From NCBI GenBank assembly GCA_014240005.1, contig JAAZXT010000006.1, positions 1 to 48,229 on the forward strand: a stretch of 48,229 nt of DNA. Direction: 5' to 3'. The notes under the pieces are model-generated. The model was not told where the DNA came from. It worked only from the letters and a program-made list of their open reading frames with translations, and ran no database searches. This stretch comes from Fidelibacterota bacterium. Lineage in GTDB: Bacteria; Fidelibacterota; Marinisomatia; Marinisomatales; Marinisomataceae. Positions 1 through 7,181 of this stretch are shown here, piece after piece (position 1 is the first letter of the stretch; the number at the start of each line of letters is the position of its first letter). The position numbers and the translations under genes were made by a program.

Positions 1-1035
1 AGAATTAATCTTATCTTGATAAGAATGGGGATTTAAAAATCTAACTGTTGCAGCAATACTAGATAAAATAGAATTTCCATCTTGAGGAGTAAAACAAAAT
101 CCAGATATTTCATGTTCATTCTTAACATTAATGGAATCTTCAACTACAACTGTTTGATTTAAAATTCTTCCGTATAATCCTTGGTCTCTCCCAAAAGAAA
201 ATACCTTATTTGATGCTTTATGCTCAGTTAATGCAATTCTATCATTGTGATTCAACAACTCGATTATTTTTCCTCTAGAAATCGGTTCTTTAAGACGAAG
301 ATTAAACCAAACAGTATGCATATACTGAGTATTTACTTTTAAAGCCGAAGAAAAAAGATTCAAATCAAGATCCATCGTCTTAAATAATCCAGCAGCATCT
401 TCAGCATGATGCGTTCCATAATCTTGATGAGAATGCGCATTGACTGTTGGTGCAGGCACATAACTACCTGTCTGGCTAATATCATTACTTCTACGAATAC
501 ATACAAACTTACCCTCTAGAAGATTATCTGGTGCGCTACTTAATGCTATAGTATTAACTAGGCATGCAATATTATGTGTATTACATGATACAATTTGCAA
601 AAATTGATCATCAGAACTGATGACATGATCGTTAATACCTCGTGCATACTTTTTACCAAAACCATTTTCACTACCTTGAGCTAAAAATCCTCTTACCTGA
701 TCAGTATATTTTTTGTAGTATTTTTCTTTGTTTGCAAGACCAGAACCGCCTGGAGTACAATCAATCACAACAGAACTTCTAGCAATAGCCTCTTCCAATG
801 TAAATTCTGGTTCAAGACCAATAGATTTAAAAGCATCTATTTTATCTTCAAGTACAGATAACCTTGCACCTTTCTTTATTAAATTATCAATTTTTGGTTT
901 GTCGCTGGTTAACGGGGAGTGCTTATGAAAGGTAATTTCATCAATACCTAGATTACTCTTTTGTTCACACAAAATTCCAATTAGTGGTTCACCAATCGTT
1001 CCGGTACCGACAATATGTACAATTTTTCTTTCCAT
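1..1035 (-). CDS. Type II (archaeal-type) glyceraldehyde-3-phosphate dehydrogenase-like NAD(P)-dependent dehydrogenase; C-terminus runs off the window
   Basis: Not in the ORF track because it is open at the window edge. Own minus-strand translation from ATG 1035 gives MERKIVHIVGTGTIGEPLIG (Rossmann GxGxxG), VVIDCTPGGSG, IVSCNTHN (Cys codon 583-585), IRRSNDI and YGTHHAED. These parallel the archaeal GAPDH blocks IDCTP / VSCNTT / RRxxD / SHHGPD. A second in-frame ATG lies at 1044, but the GGGGG at 1046-1050 is better spaced for 1035. Confidence 0.6.
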   Translation of the reverse strand, partial: MERKIVHIVGTGTIGEPLIGILCEQKSNLGIDEITFHKHSPLTSDKPKIDNLIKKGARLSVLEDKIDAFKSIGLEPEFTLEEAIARSSVVIDCTPGGSGLANKEKYYKKYTDQVRGFLAQGSENGFGKKYARGINDHVISSDDQFLQIVSCNTHNIACLVNTIALSSAPDNLLEGKFVCIRRSNDISQTGSYVPAPTVNAHSHQDYGTHHAEDAAGLFKTMDLDLNLFSSALKVNTQYMHTVWFNLRLKEPISRGKIIELLNHNDRIALTEHKASNKVFSFGRDQGLYGRILNQTVVVEDSINVKNEHEISGFCFTPQDGNSILSSIAATVRFLNPHSYQDKINS

Positions 1036-1111
1036 TTTATTCATATCCCCCTAGAATAATTAAAAGTTAATTCAAAAAATATAGCAAATAATCATATTAA
1101 AAAATGTTTAT

Positions 1112-1213
1112 TTATAAATTTTTTAGTTTTTTGATATTTAATACAAACCATACTAAGATAACTGTAAATACAACTAAAAATGCTGCTAAGAAATACTCTA
1201 AATAATTATACAT
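1112..1213 (-). CDS. ccmD: 33-aa single-TM micro-protein, CcmD-like (heme exporter protein D candidate)
   Basis: Below the ORF-track size cut-off. Own translation: MYNYLEYFLAAFLVVFTVILVWFVLNIKKLKNL*. It has one hydrophobic helix followed by a basic tail. Its ATG (1211-1213) overlaps the ccmC stop region (ATGTATAA), which is the position CcmD occupies in ccm operons. Confidence 0.4.
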   Translation of the reverse strand: MYNYLEYFLAAFLVVFTVILVWFVLNIKKLKNL

Positions 1214-1853
1214 AATTTTTCTCTTTATCTTCTAAGTACAAAACTTTCATTTTTAAAAATAGCATAGTGAACATAAGATTGGTAAAAGCAAATAAAGAAA
1301 ATAAAAATGGTGACAATATTCCTGAGGGCTGTTTGGACATTCCCATTTGAGGATGAGATTGAATTTCAGCTGCCCAGAAGTTTACTGATGTAAATATGAT
1401 AGGGATATCTAGAAATGCGATAATACCTATTATAGCAGAAATTAAAGCTACTCTTTGTCTATAAATTCCAACATTTCTTAAAATAAAATAACCTGCATAA
1501 ATCACAAATAAAACCAATGTCGTAATCAATCTTGGCTCCCAAATCCATGGCTTTCCCCAAATCGGAGTAGCCCAAATTGGCCCTGTCAATAGTACAAGCC
1601 CTGTAAATATAGTACCAATTTCTGCTGCTGCATGTCCAATCCTATCATATTGAAGATTTCTAGAAAAAAGATATCCAAGACCTGAAAGCATCACAAGAAA
1701 ATAAGATAGAAAGCCTGACCATGCCAAAGGAACATGAAGATAAAATATCTTTTGTGCCCATTCCTGATCGGGTACCATTGGAGTTAAAAATATAATCCAT
1801 ACCAAATTACATACCATTATAATAATTGATAATATAAATAAAGATAAATTCAT
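1206..1853 (-). CDS. ccmC: Heme exporter / heme lyase component CcmC
   Basis: Polytopic membrane protein with the Trp-rich WWD-type motif WGKPWIWEPRL. It sits between ccmB and the ccmD-like ORF. Its ATG overlaps the ccmB stop (TAATG). Confidence 0.85.
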   Translation of the reverse strand: MNLSLFILSIIIMVCNLVWIIFLTPMVPDQEWAQKIFYLHVPLAWSGFLSYFLVMLSGLGYLFSRNLQYDRIGHAAAEIGTIFTGLVLLTGPIWATPIWGKPWIWEPRLITTLVLFVIYAGYFILRNVGIYRQRVALISAIIGIIAFLDIPIIFTSVNFWAAEIQSHPQMGMSKQPSGILSPFLFSLFAFTNLMFTMLFLKMKVLYLEDKEKNYV

Positions 1854-2515
1854 TAGTATTTAATTAGCCTTTCAAAAAAATTAATTCCTAAAATCACTGC
1901 CATCAGTGCAAAAGTTAACAATAACAGTGCTGATTCCGCATAGAAAGATATCTCTAGTCCCAAACATAAAGCAATAAATATGTTTGAAGAATGAATCAAG
2001 AGAGGAACAATCATAGGAAATAAAATGAGTGGAAATAAGAAACTTCTTGTACTATTTAGAGAAGTCATTAAATAAATAAGTATTCCTAACCCAATTAGTC
2101 CCATATTAGATAACAAGCAAAGTATTAAAATTTTAAAAATCAAATCAATCTCTATTGCAGTCGATATCAAGCTATAAACCATAAAGATAAACAATTGTAC
2201 GCCAAGCAAAATTAAAGAAAATGTGATTAATTTTGCTAAAAACACTAAATAATTTTCTGTCGGAGATGTATAAATTAAATCATATATACCTCTTTCTTTT
2301 TCACGTACAAACGAATTTTCAATTAATTTGATAGATACCAATGCAATTATAATCCAGAAGAATCCAGATAAAATAATAATCTCATTTAATTCAGATGGAG
2401 GAAACGAAAAAACTGAGAGCATTAAGCATGATAAAGAGAAAAATGTCATATAAAAAAGGTTGTTTGATGATTTCATCTCTAAAAGAAATTCATTTTTAAT
2501 CAAATTCATTATCAT
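1853..2515 (-). CDS. ccmB: Heme exporter permease CcmB
   Basis: 220-aa protein with about six TM segments, located between the ABC ATPase ccmA and ccmC. Overlaps the ccmA stop by 4 nt (ATGA). Confidence 0.7.
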   Translation of the reverse strand: MIMNLIKNEFLLEMKSSNNLFYMTFFSLSCLMLSVFSFPPSELNEIIILSGFFWIIIALVSIKLIENSFVREKERGIYDLIYTSPTENYLVFLAKLITFSLILLGVQLFIFMVYSLISTAIEIDLIFKILILCLLSNMGLIGLGILIYLMTSLNSTRSFLFPLILFPMIVPLLIHSSNIFIALCLGLEISFYAESALLLLTFALMAVILGINFFERLIKY

Positions 2516-3111
2516 AAAGCAACCTTCCCTTTATCTATTTTTATAGATTGATCGCAAATATCTGAAACATGATTAAAATTGTGTGTTGAAAAAATAATAG
2601 TCTTATTTTTTGATTTTAAATCCAAAAAAATCTCTCTAAAAACAGCTTGAGCACTATCATCTAGATTGGTAAAAGGCTCATCTATTAATAGATACTCCCA
2701 TGATAAATTTAATGCAATAAATAATTTGTTTCTTTGGAGATTTCCTCTCGATAAATACTTTAGAGGCAAACTTTCTAATTCTTTTAAACCGAGTAAATTC
2801 AAATATTTATTATAAGTATCTATATTCAAATTTTGATTGTAAGAACGTAGAATACATTTAAGATTATTCAATATAGTTAAATCGCTAAAAATATTTGCTT
2901 TATCATTTAAGAACAAAAAATTAGATCCGTTATAATCAATATCTCCAGAGTCAATATTCATAATATTAGATATGCATTTTAAAAAAGTTGTTTTACCTGA
3001 TCCATTTTTACCTAGCAAAGCAACTAACTTACCCGAATCTATCGTACAAGAGAGATTGTCTAATACTCTAGTATCAGAAAATGATTTACTGAGATTTTTA
3101 ACCTGTAACAT
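2512..3111 (-). CDS. ccmA: Cytochrome c biogenesis ABC ATPase CcmA
   Basis: Walker A GKNGSGKTT, ABC signature-like LSRGNLQR and Walker B LLIDEP. The short ~200-aa size is typical of CcmA. Confidence 0.8.
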   Translation of the reverse strand: MLQVKNLSKSFSDTRVLDNLSCTIDSGKLVALLGKNGSGKTTFLKCISNIMNIDSGDIDYNGSNFLFLNDKANIFSDLTILNNLKCILRSYNQNLNIDTYNKYLNLLGLKELESLPLKYLSRGNLQRNKLFIALNLSWEYLLIDEPFTNLDDSAQAVFREIFLDLKSKNKTIIFSTHNFNHVSDICDQSIKIDKGKVAL

Positions 3112-3200
3112 TATTTAATTTTTTTTAATAAGGGATAGAAAACAAATAAAACAATCATCAGAAATAATGCAAAAATAAAAATTTGATTAAATAATTCCAT
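3111..3200 (-). CDS. 29-aa hydrophobic micro-ORF coupled between ccmF and ccmA (unknown function)
   Basis: Own translation: MELFNQIFIFALFLMIVLFVFYPLLKKIK*. AGGAGA lies about 5 nt upstream of the ATG (3198-3200), inside the last ccmF codons. Its stop overlaps the ccmA ATG (TAATG). It has one TM helix plus a basic tail. Confidence 0.35.
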   Translation of the reverse strand: MELFNQIFIFALFLMIVLFVFYPLLKKIK

Positions 3201-5169
3201 AATTTCTCCTTTTAGAAGGCCAAAAAGCAAATAAAGAGCCTACTACCATGACAATTCCTCCAATCCATACCCAATTTACTAGAGGATTAATCATGATCTT
3301 AAAATACCCTTGATTCTTTTCTGCATCATAAGCAGAGAATATTGAGTATATATCTTTTCTCATAGTACTATAAATATCAAGCTCACTATGGGGCTGACGT
3401 TTCTCAGGATCTGGATTCCAATAAAAGTAAATTCTTTTCTCAGGATATAGACTTGTTAATAGGTTGTTTCTTTGATCTATGACATCTATATCACTGATAA
3501 ATGCATAATGATTGTCTCTAGCTTCACTTTTAATACTATTAAGCTTAAAGATATAGTTTGCAAAATAAATTTCCTCACCAGGAGACAAGTTGAATTCTTT
3601 CTCTACTTCAAATGCTCTTCCAATAAAGCCTACAAAAAGTAACGTGATTCCAATATGAACAATATATCCCCCATTTTTATGTCTATTATTAAATAACATA
3701 CTTACAATAGCAGATGGAATAGACTTATTATCACTTTTAGATTTTTTATATGACTTTCTAAATTCATTTATTATAGATGTAGTCGTAAATGCTATACCCA
3801 TACATGTTACTAGAGGGTATAGTTGAAACGGGCCAAAAAATATAGAATATATAACTCCAGAAAAGAAACTGATTAACATCGGAATTTTAAAATTTGATAG
3901 TAAAGTGGATCTTGAAGTTGTTTTCCATGACAGTAGTGGGCCAATTCCCATTAAAAATAATAATACCAATCCAATAGGAACATTTAGTTGATTAAAATAA
4001 GTTGCTCCTACATAGATTTTTTCTCCATTCCATGCCTCAGAAAGAATAGGAAATAATGTGCCCCATAACACAATAAAACACATTAAAAGTAAAATTAAAT
4101 TATTATATAAAAATCCACCCTCTCTTGATGTGAAAGAATCAATCTTATTATCTGACTCTAAAGTATCAAATCGCTTAACAAACCAATAGCCAGTAAATAA
4201 AATTAAACTTGATAAGAAAGCAAGGAATAGTGGTCCTAAATTTTCAGCAGTAAATGAATGAACTGAAGATACTATTCCACTTCTAGTAATAAACGTACCT
4301 AAAATAACTAATAGGAAAGTTGATGATGCTAATAAAATATTCCAAGACTTTAGCATACCTCTTTTTTCTTGTATCATAGATGAATGAATAAACGCAGTAA
4401 GTATAAGCCAAGGCATTAAAGAAGAATTTTCTACTGGATCCCATGCCCAGTATCCACCCCAACCTAATTCATTATATGCCCAATATCCGCCTAAAATGAT
4501 ACCTCCAGATAAGAAAGTCCAAACAATCAATGACCAACGCCTAATTGATTGAATCCATTCGAAATTAAGTGATTTAGATATTAAACCAGATAAAGCCATA
4601 ACGAAAAGAATTGTTGTTCCAATAAAACCCAAATAAAGAGTCGGTGGATGAATAGCCATTGTAACATTCTGTAATAATGGATTTAAGCCATTGCCGTTCT
4701 GTACAATAATATCAGATGATACTGGCTGAAAAGGATTCGCTATAAAATTGGATAAAAGTAGAAAAAATCCAAAGATAAAAGAGAGCATAATATAAGATGA
4801 GTACTTCAATGTAGGCATCTTCCTTAGAGTAACATTAATATAAATTAATGAATATATAGACATAATAAATGTCCAGAAAAGTAATGAACCAGCTTGTCCT
4901 GCCCACAAAGCAGTGACTTTAAAAAATAATGGAGTTTCATAACTTGTATATTGAGATACATATTGCAAATTAAAATTACTAATTAATAATTCATTGAGTA
5001 AGCAAAGGGTGGCTAATATAACACAAAAACACACTGCTATTAACCCTCTTTGAGATACATTTAGAAAGATTTTATCTTTTCTAATAGAATAGTAAAATAA
5101 AAAGAAGAAATTTGATAATATTAATCCGCCACTTATACTGAGGGCTAAACTTCCAATTTGAGATATCAT
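3187..5169 (-). CDS. ccmF: Cytochrome c-type biogenesis heme lyase CcmF
   Basis: 660-aa polytopic protein with the canonical WWD motif WGGYWAWDPVEN. Its ATG overlaps the ccmE stop (TAATG). Confidence 0.9.
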   Translation of the reverse strand: MISQIGSLALSISGGLILSNFFFLFYYSIRKDKIFLNVSQRGLIAVCFCVILATLCLLNELLISNFNLQYVSQYTSYETPLFFKVTALWAGQAGSLLFWTFIMSIYSLIYINVTLRKMPTLKYSSYIMLSFIFGFFLLLSNFIANPFQPVSSDIIVQNGNGLNPLLQNVTMAIHPPTLYLGFIGTTILFVMALSGLISKSLNFEWIQSIRRWSLIVWTFLSGGIILGGYWAYNELGWGGYWAWDPVENSSLMPWLILTAFIHSSMIQEKRGMLKSWNILLASSTFLLVILGTFITRSGIVSSVHSFTAENLGPLFLAFLSSLILFTGYWFVKRFDTLESDNKIDSFTSREGGFLYNNLILLLMCFIVLWGTLFPILSEAWNGEKIYVGATYFNQLNVPIGLVLLFLMGIGPLLSWKTTSRSTLLSNFKIPMLISFFSGVIYSIFFGPFQLYPLVTCMGIAFTTTSIINEFRKSYKKSKSDNKSIPSAIVSMLFNNRHKNGGYIVHIGITLLFVGFIGRAFEVEKEFNLSPGEEIYFANYIFKLNSIKSEARDNHYAFISDIDVIDQRNNLLTSLYPEKRIYFYWNPDPEKRQPHSELDIYSTMRKDIYSIFSAYDAEKNQGYFKIMINPLVNWVWIGGIVMVVGSLFAFWPSKRRNYGII

Positions 5170-5576
5170 TATATTTTTTCTATATTTTTTAAATCGCCTT
5201 CATAGCGTGAAGCGCATTTAGTTTGAAGTTCCGTAGCGATAATCAAATTATCATCAAAGGCGCCCGCAACTACAACTTCTGCATCATCTTTAAATAAATC
5301 TGGTCTAATACCGTAATAATAGACTTTTAAACTATCGCTTCCTTGATATACATAGAATGATACTTCTAATTGATCAGTCTCATTGATACTAATTGAATCT
5401 GGCTTAATCAAACCTCCGACTTTAACCTTAGTGATAGAAGCTTCTTTGGTTAAAAGCTCCCCTATTGTATAATAGCGTACTGTTAAACTATCATCATTTT
5501 TTACATTAGTAAGATATACAGTCCACATAACAATTAATGCAAAAACTAAAATCAGTGATGTATAAATCTTATTCAT
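5169..5576 (-). CDS. ccmE: Heme chaperone CcmE, variant type with CxxxY in place of HxxxY
   Basis: 135 aa with an N-terminal TM anchor and an OB-fold-sized body (VKVGGLIKPDSI...). The C-terminal motif is LQTKCASRYEG, with Cys121 at 5214-5216 and Tyr125 at 5202-5204, where canonical CcmE has H-x-x-x-Y. Confidence 0.85.
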   Translation of the reverse strand: MNKIYTSLILVFALIVMWTVYLTNVKNDDSLTVRYYTIGELLTKEASITKVKVGGLIKPDSISINETDQLEVSFYVYQGSDSLKVYYYGIRPDLFKDDAEVVVAGAFDDNLIIATELQTKCASRYEGDLKNIEKI

Positions 5577-5579
5577 AAT

Positions 5580-7178
5580 TTAGATTCCAAAAGATTCTTC
5601 CCATTCTCCATAAACACTTTTCATTAATTCAACAATTTCTCCAACAGTACCACCATGCTCTGCTACCTCAATCAAACAAGGGACTAAATTTAAATTATTT
5701 TCACAAGCATTTCTTAATTTTTTCATTTTTTTATCAAGTAATTTATTATCTCTTTTTTCTCTTAATTCTTTAATTTTTTTCTCTTGAATCTCTTGAGCTT
5801 GTTGAGATATTTTTAAAATTTCAATTTCAAGTTTCTCATCCTTATCAACAAAATCGTTTACTCCAACGATTATTCTTTCTTTTGAATCAATGGATTCTTG
5901 ATATAATGAGGCAGACTCAGCAATTTTCTTTTGAAAATATCCATCTTCAATCGCTACGATCGTACCTCCAAGACTTTTTATTGCTTTAAAATATTCATTT
6001 GCTTCATCTTCAATCCTATCCGTTATCTCTTCTACATACCATGATCCTCCTAGTGGATCTGCTACATTAGGCACACCTGTTTCAAGTGCAAGAATTTGTT
6101 GAGTTCTTAATGCTATTTTTGCAGCTTTTTCTGATGGTAACGCTAATGTCTCATCAAGTGAATTTGTATGAAGAGAATTAGTCCCCCCTAATACTGCAGA
6201 CATAGCTTCATATGCAGTTCTAACAATATTATTCTCTGGTTGTTGGGCAGTCAAAGAACATCCAGCTGTTTGTGTATGGAATTTTAATTTTAAAGAGTTT
6301 TCATTCTTTGCGCCATAATCATTTTTAAGCTTATTGGCCCAAATTCTTCTTGCTGCCCTATATTTACCTATCTCTTCAAAGAAATCCATATGTGAGTTAA
6401 AAAAGAATGATAATCTATGCGCAAAGTCATCAATCTTTAGACCTCTCTTTAAAGAAGCTTCTATATAAGTAAATCCACTATTCAATGTAAATGCTAATTC
6501 TTGTGCAGCAGTTGATCCCGCCTCTCTTATATGATAGCCACTTACTGATACTGGACTATAAAGTGGCATATTTTTTGAACAAAATTCAATAACATCTACT
6601 ACAAGCTTTACTGATGGCTTAGGAGGAAAAATAAATTCTTTTTGTGCTATATACTCTTTCACAGCATCATTCTGTAGTGTTCCTCTTAGATGACTAATAT
6701 CAATTCCATTTTTCTTTGCTAATGCTACATAAAAAGCAAATAGTATAATTGCAGGGCCATTAATAGTCTGAGATACAGAAATCTTTTCTAAATCTATATC
6801 TTTAAATAAAATTTCCATATCCTCTAAAGAAGCAACATTTACACCACAAACACCAACTTCTCCAGATGATAATTCATGATCAGGGTCATATCCCATAAGC
6901 GTTGGCATATCATAAGCAACAGAAAGTCCTGTCTGACCATTTTTTAATAAATATTTATATCTTTCATTTGTTTTTTCTGGAGTACTAAAACCTGAAAATT
7001 GTCTCATGGTCCACAATTTTCCTCTATACATATTCTTATGGATTCCTCGAGTATATGGAAAAGTACCAGGGTCTATATTATATTTATCATCTTTTTTATC
7101 AGAAGAGTAGTATTCTTTCAGCTTATTACCACTGATACTATTAAAGTTCTTTTCTCTATTTAATGTTTTTTTACTCAT
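5580..7178 (-). CDS. Adenosylcobalamin-dependent acyl-CoA mutase, large (substrate-binding TIM barrel) subunit; isobutyryl-CoA-mutase-like signature; no B12-binding domain
   Basis: Matches the mutase family blocks FPYTRGIHKNMYRGKLWTMRQFSGFSTPEKTNERYKYLL, GQTGLSVAYDMPTLMGYD and LQNDAVKEYIAQKEFIFPP. At 532 aa it ends before any Rossmann-type cobalamin domain (no DxHxxG). Confidence 0.85.
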   Translation of the reverse strand: MSKKTLNREKNFNSISGNKLKEYYSSDKKDDKYNIDPGTFPYTRGIHKNMYRGKLWTMRQFSGFSTPEKTNERYKYLLKNGQTGLSVAYDMPTLMGYDPDHELSSGEVGVCGVNVASLEDMEILFKDIDLEKISVSQTINGPAIILFAFYVALAKKNGIDISHLRGTLQNDAVKEYIAQKEFIFPPKPSVKLVVDVIEFCSKNMPLYSPVSVSGYHIREAGSTAAQELAFTLNSGFTYIEASLKRGLKIDDFAHRLSFFFNSHMDFFEEIGKYRAARRIWANKLKNDYGAKNENSLKLKFHTQTAGCSLTAQQPENNIVRTAYEAMSAVLGGTNSLHTNSLDETLALPSEKAAKIALRTQQILALETGVPNVADPLGGSWYVEEITDRIEDEANEYFKAIKSLGGTIVAIEDGYFQKKIAESASLYQESIDSKERIIVGVNDFVDKDEKLEIEILKISQQAQEIQEKKIKELREKRDNKLLDKKMKKLRNACENNLNLVPCLIEVAEHGGTVGEIVELMKSVYGEWEESFGI

Positions 7179-7181
7179 TTT

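Noticed and set aside
728-928. Plus-strand 66-aa ORF from the supplied track
   Set aside because: It lies entirely antisense to the well-supported GAPDH-like CDS (1-1035, minus). It has a low-complexity translation and no start context, so it is a shadow ORF.
2498-2522. AT-rich near-palindrome (aaattcattatcataaagc) resembling half a Fur box at the ccmA/ccmB junction
   Set aside because: It is only a partial match and lies inside coding sequence. In a ~30% GC genome such ATCAT/ATGAT strings are expected by chance.
7179-7181. Expectation of a cobalamin riboswitch upstream of the acyl-CoA mutase
   Set aside because: Only 3 nt separate the mutase ATG from the dxs stop, so there is no room for a riboswitch.
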